A DNA stretch of 64,000 nucleotides, taken from positions 1-64,000 of the forward strand of contig CBEVQY010000001.1 in assembly GCA_965552135.1 (NCBI GenBank), in the 5' to 3' direction. Shown piece by piece: positions 57,801-64,000 of the stretch. The notes below the pieces were generated by a model, which worked only from the letters and a program-made list of their open reading frames with translations, was not told where the DNA came from and did not search any database. The position numbers and the translations under genes were made by a program. Numbering within the stretch: the first letter of the stretch is position 1; each line of letters starts with the position of its first letter. The stretch comes from an uncultured bacterium (GTDB taxonomy: Bacteria; UBP14; UBA6098; B30-G16).

Positions 57801-59231
57801 ATGTTGCGCAAGATCGGCATAATCGCTGCCATTTTGGCAGGGTTTACGGCGGGCGTGGTCCTTACCGCGAACTTCAACGCGGTTCCCAAAGCTGTCGCAG
57901 AGGCGTCGGGAAAGCTGCCAGAGGTGTCACAGGTCTTCGCCGACGTCGCCGAAAAGGTTATGCCGTCGGTGGTGACGATAACGAGCGAGAAGGTTTACGA
58001 AGTTCCCGTGCGCAGCTGGGAGCCCTTCTGGAACGACCCCTTCTTCGACTTCTTCTTCGGTCCGAGGTGGAGACCGCGCTACAGGAAGAAGAGGTTTAAG
58101 CAGGAGGGGTTGGGCTCTGGGGTCATCGTTTCGGAGGACGGCTACATCCTCACCAACGCCCACGTCGTCGACGGCGCCGACGAGCTTAGGGTCCACATAG
58201 GCGACAGGGAGTACGAAGCCGACATAGTTGGCGTCGACGAGAAGACCGACCTGGCGGTGCTTAAGGTCGACGCCGACGAGAAGCTTCCCGCCGCAAAGCT
58301 CGGCGACTCCGACAAGATCCGCGTGGGCGAGTGGGTTTTGGCCATAGGCAGCCCGTTTAGGCTCGAGCATACCGTCACAGCTGGGATAATCTCCGCCAAG
58401 GGGCGCTCGAGGATGGGCATCGCCGACTACGAGGACTTCATTCAGACCGACGCAGCGATAAACCCCGGCAACTCCGGCGGAGCTTTGGTCAACCTCAGGG
58501 GCGAGGTCATCGGGATAAACACGGCGATAGTCTCAAGCAACGGCGGCAACGTCGGCATAGGATTTGCCATCCCGATAAACCTTGCCAAGCAGGTGATGGA
58601 GCAGCTCATAGAGCACGGGCGCGTGGTCAGGGGCTGGCTTGGGATCATGATCCAGGACGTCACCGAGGACCTTGCCGAAGCGCTCGACCTTGCCGAGGCG
58701 AAGGGCGTTTTGGTAAGCTCCGTTTTGGATGACAGCCCCGCCGAGGAAGCCGGGCTTGAGCGCGGAGACGTGATAGTTGCGCTTGACGGGAAAAAGGTCG
58801 AGTCCGTCGATGACCTGCGCACAAGGATAGCCTCCACACCGCCGGGGACGAAGGTTAAGCTCGATATCATCCGCAACGGCAAGCGCAAGAGGATAACCGT
58901 TGAGCTTGGCGAGATGCCCACAAGCGAGGAGGTCGCCTCGGCGGAGGAGGGCGTGAGGCTGGGTCTGAGGGTAAAGAGCCTTACGCGCTACGACGCGCAT
59001 CGCCTCGGGTACGACGGCGACCTGGGCGTGCTCGTTACAGACGTTGAGGAGGGCTCCATAGCCTATCGCGCAGGTGTTCAGCCAAACGATGTGATCGTCG
59101 AGCTCAACAGGGAGGCGATATACACGCCAGCCGACCTGCGCGACGTCGCCTCGCAAATACGCAAAGGTGACCCCGTGCTTTTTGTGGTTTGGCGAGACGG
59201 AAACTTCCTGTATCTTGCGACAAGGGCGTAA
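57801..59231 (+). CDS. degP: HtrA/DegP (Do) serine protease with two PDZ domains
   Basis: GLGSGVIVS.DGYILTNAHVV, TDLAVLK, IQTDAAINPGNSGGAL, GIGFAIP, RGWLGI; two PDZ domains. Confidence 0.93.
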   Translation: MLRKIGIIAAILAGFTAGVVLTANFNAVPKAVAEASGKLPEVSQVFADVAEKVMPSVVTITSEKVYEVPVRSWEPFWNDPFFDFFFGPRWRPRYRKKRFKQEGLGSGVIVSEDGYILTNAHVVDGADELRVHIGDREYEADIVGVDEKTDLAVLKVDADEKLPAAKLGDSDKIRVGEWVLAIGSPFRLEHTVTAGIISAKGRSRMGIADYEDFIQTDAAINPGNSGGALVNLRGEVIGINTAIVSSNGGNVGIGFAIPINLAKQVMEQLIEHGRVVRGWLGIMIQDVTEDLAEALDLAEAKGVLVSSVLDDSPAEEAGLERGDVIVALDGKKVESVDDLRTRIASTPPGTKVKLDIIRNGKRKRITVELGEMPTSEEVASAEEGVRLGLRVKSLTRYDAHRLGYDGDLGVLVTDVEEGSIAYRAGVQPNDVIVELNREAIYTPADLRDVASQIRKGDPVLFVVWRDGNFLYLATRA

Positions 59232-59253
59232 GGACTTTTCCGGGGGTGAGGCT

Positions 59254-60210
59254 ATGATAAAGGTTGAGGGTCTTGAGAAATACTACGGGAAGTTCAAGGC
59301 GCTCGACGGCGTGACCTTTGAGGCCAAGCGCGGCGAGATCCTCGGGCTTTTGGGTCCAAACGGCGCCGGCAAAACGACGACCATGCGCATCCTGACGACC
59401 TACCTGCCGCCCTCGGGCGGAAGGGCTTTGGTCGCCGGCTTCGACGTGGTGAAGCAATCGATGGAGGTGAGGCGCCGCGTGGGATACATGCCCGAAAACC
59501 CACCGCTTTATTTGGATATGAAGGTGAAAAGCTTCCTTGGCTTTGTGGGCGAGCTTAAGGGTCTTTCGGGCAAAAGGCTTTCGGAGCGGCTGGAGTACGT
59601 GCGTGAGGTTTGCCAGATAGGCGAGGTTTGGGACAAGTTCATCGCCCAGCTTTCGAAGGGGTTCAGGCAGAGGGTAGGTCTTGCGGCGGCGCTTGTGTCC
59701 GACCCGCCGGTCCTCATCCTCGACGAACCAACCATAGGGCTCGACCCCAAGCAGATAAAGTACACCCGCGAGTTTATAAAAAGCCTCGGCGGCGATCACA
59801 CAATACTTCTTTCGACGCACATCCTGCCCGAGGCTGAGATGACTTGCGACCGCGTTGCAATAATCGACAAGGGCAGGATAATCGCGGTTGGCACGCCCGA
59901 GGAGCTTGCCCGCAAGATCCATCGCGTAAACGCCGTCAGGGTGGAGCTGACAGGTCCACCCAACGAGGTTTACAGGGCGCTCCTTGAGCTCGACGGGGTG
60001 GTGCAGGTCATACCTCAGGAAAGGCTTGGCGTCTACCTGGTCGAGTTCGAGCCGCAGTGGAAGACGAGGGAGCAGATAACAAAGCTCGCACACCGCCAGG
60101 ACTGGAGCATCCTCGAGCTTTCGCCAATAGAGGCGAGCCTCGAGGAGATCTTCCTCGAGCTTACCACCGAAGAGACGCAGCAAAAACCCGTCGAGGACCA
60201 GGTCGCCTAA
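59254..60210 (+). CDS. ABC transporter ATP-binding protein (GldA-like)
   Basis: GPNGAGKTT, LSKGFRQRVGLA, LILDEPTIGLDPKQI, LSTHILPE. Confidence 0.92.
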   Translation: MIKVEGLEKYYGKFKALDGVTFEAKRGEILGLLGPNGAGKTTTMRILTTYLPPSGGRALVAGFDVVKQSMEVRRRVGYMPENPPLYLDMKVKSFLGFVGELKGLSGKRLSERLEYVREVCQIGEVWDKFIAQLSKGFRQRVGLAAALVSDPPVLILDEPTIGLDPKQIKYTREFIKSLGGDHTILLSTHILPEAEMTCDRVAIIDKGRIIAVGTPEELARKIHRVNAVRVELTGPPNEVYRALLELDGVVQVIPQERLGVYLVEFEPQWKTREQITKLAHRQDWSILELSPIEASLEEIFLELTTEETQQKPVEDQVA

Positions 60211-60222
60211 AAGGAGGGGACG

Positions 60223-61014
60223 ATGAGAACGATGTGGACGATATTCAAAAAGGAGTTCGTTCAGTTTTTCTCGTCGCCGACATCTTACATAATCATCGCT
60301 GTCTTCCTTGCCGTAAGCGGCTTTTTCTTTTACAACATCTCGAGCTACTTTGCGATGCAGTGTTTTCAGGCGCTTCAGTATCAGCAGGCCTATAACATCC
60401 CCCTGCCGCCTATGAGCGTGAACCAGTGGGTGGTGCGCCCCTTCTTCCACAACCTCGCCGTTTTGGCGATATTCCTCGTTCCCATAATAACCATGCGCTC
60501 GTTCGCCGCGGAGCGCGCTTTCGGAACGACAGAGCTGCTTCTTACGTCCCCTGTGCGCACCACCCACCTGGTTTGCGCAAAGTTCGCTGCGGGTATGCTG
60601 CTTTACGTCGTTCTCGTCGCGCTTACCCTGATCTTCCAGCTCATCCTGCATCACTTCACCGCAAACGGGCTCGACTGGGGACCGGTTTGGGCAGGATATC
60701 TGGGGCTTTTGCTTCTGGGGTTGGCAGTCGTCCCGCTGGGACAGTTTATATCGTCGCTTACCAAAAACCAGATAATCGCTGCATTTATGTCCTTCGCGCT
60801 CTTCCTCATACTCTGGATCGTCGACTGGAGCACGCTTTTTGCCAAGGGAACGCTTTCGAAGGTGATAGGCTACATCGGTCTTGCGCCCCATTTTGCAAAC
60901 TTTGCGCGCGGAATCGTCGATACCTCGGATATCATCTACTTCGTCTCCCTTTGCGCTATTGGGCTTTTCGTCACGCACCAGTCGGTGGAGTCGTGGCGAT
61001 GGCGGGGAATATAG
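60223..61014 (+). CDS. ABC-2 type permease (GldF-like)
   Basis: IFKKEF..FFSSP, ITMRSFA.ER..GT.ELLLTSP, SSLTKNQIIA, HF.NF.RG.VD..DIIYF. Confidence 0.9.
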   Translation: MRTMWTIFKKEFVQFFSSPTSYIIIAVFLAVSGFFFYNISSYFAMQCFQALQYQQAYNIPLPPMSVNQWVVRPFFHNLAVLAIFLVPIITMRSFAAERAFGTTELLLTSPVRTTHLVCAKFAAGMLLYVVLVALTLIFQLILHHFTANGLDWGPVWAGYLGLLLLGLAVVPLGQFISSLTKNQIIAAFMSFALFLILWIVDWSTLFAKGTLSKVIGYIGLAPHFANFARGIVDTSDIIYFVSLCAIGLFVTHQSVESWRWRGI

Positions 61015-61075
61015 AAAACCCGGGCTTTACCACGTCGGCAATATCTCGGTGTACTTGAGATAAGGAGGTAGCGCT

Positions 61076-62602
61076 ATGAAGCGCAGGTACCTGACCCTGC
61101 TTGGCGTTATTGGCATCGACCTCCTCTTTCTGGGAGCTATGCTTTCGTGGATACTCTCTGAGTTCGTTCTCATCTCCAAGATAGCGCTTGGCGTGGGGCT
61201 TTTGGTTTTGATAGTTTGGGGCGTTCTTTCGTGGCGCAGCGCCAGGGAGTTTTTCGGCAAAAGGACAACAGCAGCAGGCGCAAGCACAACGATTGGCGTC
61301 GTCTTCTTCGTGGGGATACTGCTTTTGGGCAACATAGTTGGCGCCCGATACAAGGCGCGGGCTGACCTAACGCAGGAAAAGCTCTACTCCCTCTCCGACC
61401 AGACGATGAAGCTTCTGAGCTCGCTTGACGGGAAGGTTGAGATCATCCTTTTCGACAACCCCGATTCTCCTCGCAATCCCCGCGCCAAGGAGCTTGTGGA
61501 GGAGTACGACGCCCGCAGCCCCAAGGTCGATCACCGCGTGGTCGACCCCGACAGGGAGCCTGAGCTTGCCAAAAAGTACGGCGTCACCAAGTACGAGCAG
61601 GCGGTGGTGAAGGCAAGCGAGACCAAATACGCCCTCGTCGAGAACGTGACGGAGGAGAACCTCACCAACGCGATAAAGCAGGTGACGGCTAAGGAAGGGC
61701 AGAAAGTTTACTTCCTTGTTGGTCACGGAGAGATTTCGCCCTACTCCACCGAAGCCGACGGCGCATCGCAGCTTAAGGACGCCATAAAAAAGGAGGGCTT
61801 CGACGTCGACACGTTAAACCTTATGCTTGTGGGCAAGATTCCCGACGATGCGGTGGTCGTAATCGAGATGGGTCCGCGAGCGGACCCCCTTCCCGCCGAG
61901 CTCGACACACTCAAGGCGTACTTCGATAGGGGCGGAAAGCTTTTGTTTATGCTCGAGCCCGGCTTTTCCGACTCGCTTGCGGCGTGGCTTGACAACTTCG
62001 GCGTTGACGTGGGCGATAACGTCGTCGTCGATATCTCGCCCGTTGGTCGTATGTTCGGCGCAAGCCCCGAGATGCCCATGGTGATGACCTACGACAAATC
62101 GCACGCCGTAACGAAGGGTTTCAACATAGCGACGATGTTCCCGACGGCGCGGTCAGTTTCGGCGTCGGAGAAGAGCCAGCCAGGTCTCAGAGTCGTCGAG
62201 ATAGCGAAGACAGCCGAGCGTGCCTGGGCCGAGGCGAAGTGGCGCACCCACACCGCCCAGTTCGACGAGGACGAAGATATCGCCGGTCCTGTTCCCGTGG
62301 CGTGCGCCGTCGAGAGGACCACGCGAACACCGCGACCGAGAATGGTCGTCTTCGGAGACCCCGACTTCGCAACAAACAGGTACATAACCTTCTCGGGCAA
62401 CAAAGACCTCGTGCTAAACGCCGTCGACTGGCTCGCGAAGCAGGAAAAGCTTATATCGATACGTCCCAAAAACCCGAAGGACCGAAAGCTTATGCTTACG
62501 CCGCGCCAACAGCAGAAGATCTTCTACCTTTCGGTCGTGGCGCTGCCGTTTTTCGCAATAGTCCTTGCCGAGATCGCGTGGTGGAGGAGGCAACACGCCT
62601 AA
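61076..62602 (+). CDS. GldG-like ABC transporter auxiliary protein
   Basis: DLT.EKLYSLSDQT, VDPDREP..A..YG, VYFL.GHGE, GGKLL, RMVVFGD.DF, N.DL.LNAVDWL; C-terminal TM helix. Confidence 0.88.
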   Translation: MKRRYLTLLGVIGIDLLFLGAMLSWILSEFVLISKIALGVGLLVLIVWGVLSWRSAREFFGKRTTAAGASTTIGVVFFVGILLLGNIVGARYKARADLTQEKLYSLSDQTMKLLSSLDGKVEIILFDNPDSPRNPRAKELVEEYDARSPKVDHRVVDPDREPELAKKYGVTKYEQAVVKASETKYALVENVTEENLTNAIKQVTAKEGQKVYFLVGHGEISPYSTEADGASQLKDAIKKEGFDVDTLNLMLVGKIPDDAVVVIEMGPRADPLPAELDTLKAYFDRGGKLLFMLEPGFSDSLAAWLDNFGVDVGDNVVVDISPVGRMFGASPEMPMVMTYDKSHAVTKGFNIATMFPTARSVSASEKSQPGLRVVEIAKTAERAWAEAKWRTHTAQFDEDEDIAGPVPVACAVERTTRTPRPRMVVFGDPDFATNRYITFSGNKDLVLNAVDWLAKQEKLISIRPKNPKDRKLMLTPRQQQKIFYLSVVALPFFAIVLAEIAWWRRQHA

Positions 62603-62635
62603 CACTTCTGCCCCGAACTCGAAAGGAGGTCTGCG

Positions 62636-64000
62636 ATGGACTGGAGGAAGACGGCTATCTTGGGCGCCGTTTTCGTTGTTGCTCTGGCTGCGTTCTGGGC
62701 GTTTGAGGTGAGGGGCAGAGCGAAAAGGGAGCGGGAAAAGGTCGAAAGCCAAAGGCTCCTTCCCAACGTAGAAAGGATCTACCGCTTTCGCATAGAGACA
62801 AGAAGCGACGTGGTCGAGGTGGCTCAGGATACCACAAGCAAGCAGTGGCAGGTTGTTGCGCCTGTGTTTTACCCCGCCGACAACGACGAGGTTCAGGAGG
62901 TTTTGAAGGCGGCGCTTGAGGCGCACTATACATCGGTCGTCTCCGACAGCGGCGACCCGCGCCGATACGGGCTTGCGCCAAAGCCCTGGGTCAAGTTCAC
63001 CGCGGAGGGGAAAACATTCCTCCTCGGCGACGAGACGCCGACCAAAAGCGGCGTCTACGCAAAGCTTGAGGGCGACCCGAGGATACTCGTCGTGCCCTTT
63101 GAGTATCGCCGAAAGTTGCTTAAGGTCTCCTACGACCTGCGCGACAAATCGATCCTCCCAAGCGTGGAGGTCGAGGATATCGATAGCGTGCGGATAGCAA
63201 GACCCCAGGGCGAGCTTTTCATCTGCAGGAAGGGCGTGGAGTGGTGGTTGAGCAAGCCGATAGAGGCTAAGGGCGACAACAGCATGGTCGGTGCGTTTTT
63301 GCGCACGCTTCTGCGCGCGAAGGCGGCGGAGTTCGCCGCAGAGGACCACTCCGACTCAACGCTTGATGCCCTGGGCGCCAGGAAAGAGGGCGAAATCACC
63401 TTCTACACCAAAAGCGGGGCAAAGCTTTCAATGCGCGTTTACGCCAGGTACGCCGAGGGCGATACCACGCCCGAGTTCGTCTACGTCAGCACGCCCGAGA
63501 AAAAGCCCCTGTTCGAGGTATCTGATCTTGTTTGGCGTCAGCTTCGCAAGAACCCAACCGATCTCCGCGATAGATCCATCTGCGACGTGAAGGATGCCGA
63601 TATGTTCGCCATCCGGGGTCCCGACGGGTTTGAGGTTGAGGGGAGACTTTCTGAGGGCGGATGGGTTATAACGAAGCCCGACAGCGGCAAAGGCGACGTC
63701 GACCAGATCGAAAGGATGCTTCGCAACTTCACCTACGCCCGCGTCGACTCGTTCAGAAACGATTCGAATTTTAAGCCCTCGGGCTGGGAGTTCTTCTTCT
63801 CCGTCGCGGGCGAGAGCACAAGGATCGAGGTCGGCGACACGGTGGGCAACCGCGTTCAGGTGCGGCGGAAGGGCGAAGGCGAATACTTCCTCGTCCACAA
63901 GACAAACATTCTCAAGTGGTGCAAGCCCAACTGGAGGCGTTTCGTCTCGCGGCGCCTCGTCGACGTCGATGCAACGCAGCTTGTTAGCATGACGGTCCGC
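62636..64000 (+). CDS. DUF4340 domain protein (runs off window end)
   Basis: Manual translation from ATG 62636 after AAAGGAGG: MDWRKTAILGAVFVV..WQVVAPVFYPAD..YGL..LLGDETP..YDLRDKS. The W..KP and DLRD motifs repeat. Absent from the ORF track because it has no stop in the window. Confidence 0.8.
   Translation, partial: MDWRKTAILGAVFVVALAAFWAFEVRGRAKREREKVESQRLLPNVERIYRFRIETRSDVVEVAQDTTSKQWQVVAPVFYPADNDEVQEVLKAALEAHYTSVVSDSGDPRRYGLAPKPWVKFTAEGKTFLLGDETPTKSGVYAKLEGDPRILVVPFEYRRKLLKVSYDLRDKSILPSVEVEDIDSVRIARPQGELFICRKGVEWWLSKPIEAKGDNSMVGAFLRTLLRAKAAEFAAEDHSDSTLDALGARKEGEITFYTKSGAKLSMRVYARYAEGDTTPEFVYVSTPEKKPLFEVSDLVWRQLRKNPTDLRDRSICDVKDADMFAIRGPDGFEVEGRLSEGGWVITKPDSGKGDVDQIERMLRNFTYARVDSFRNDSNFKPSGWEFFFSVAGESTRIEVGDTVGNRVQVRRKGEGEYFLVHKTNILKWCKPNWRRFVSRRLVDVDATQLVSMTVR

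Noticed and set aside
59254..62602. Gliding motility machinery
   Set aside because: GldA/F/G-like ABC systems with DUF4340 are widespread in non-gliding bacteria, and no gldK/L/M/N or sprB is in the window.
1..64000. Mobile elements, prophage, defence systems, rRNA or tRNA
   Set aside because: I recognised no transposase, integrase, phage, Cas or restriction motifs, and the intergenic gaps are short with no tRNA cloverleaf evident.

Overview
A gene-dense, GC-rich 64 kb chromosomal segment of a diderm bacterium, probably from the FCB superphylum but not a typical Bacteroidota. This placement is inferred from the rplM-rpsI-rpsB-tsf-pyrH-frr order, an FCB-type sensor kinase, T9SS-like sorting domains and canonical TTGACA/TATAAT-type promoters. 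Most genes are housekeeping: hrcA (partial), alaS, glnA, metK, uvrA, galT, ychF-like, ftsB, tolB, serS, gpsA, the translation cluster, rsmI, uppP, family-4 UDG, dxs, ispA, mreC, feoB with a DtxR-type regulator, hypD, pyrC, degP and a GldA/F/G-like ABC system. I saw no rRNA, tRNA, CRISPR array, IS element or prophage. The most notable region is a co-oriented minus-strand module at 43.0-50.1 kb. It encodes a type-B-CTD cargo protein, a 962-aa fusion of a PorP/PorV-like barrel with CARDB, three OmpA-like and one FlgD-Ig-like domain, a 31-aa membrane peptide missed by the ORF track, and a soluble PAS hybrid kinase coupled to that peptide. Other points of interest are a ~210-aa Cys-bracketed double-Ig repeat shared by two secreted proteins, a lone PduT-like microcompartment gene ahead of galT, an rpsB (t44-like) leader RNA, a sigma-54 promoter at degP, candidate DtxR/SirR boxes and several degenerate enzymes. 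All calls come from reading motifs by eye; no database searches were run.
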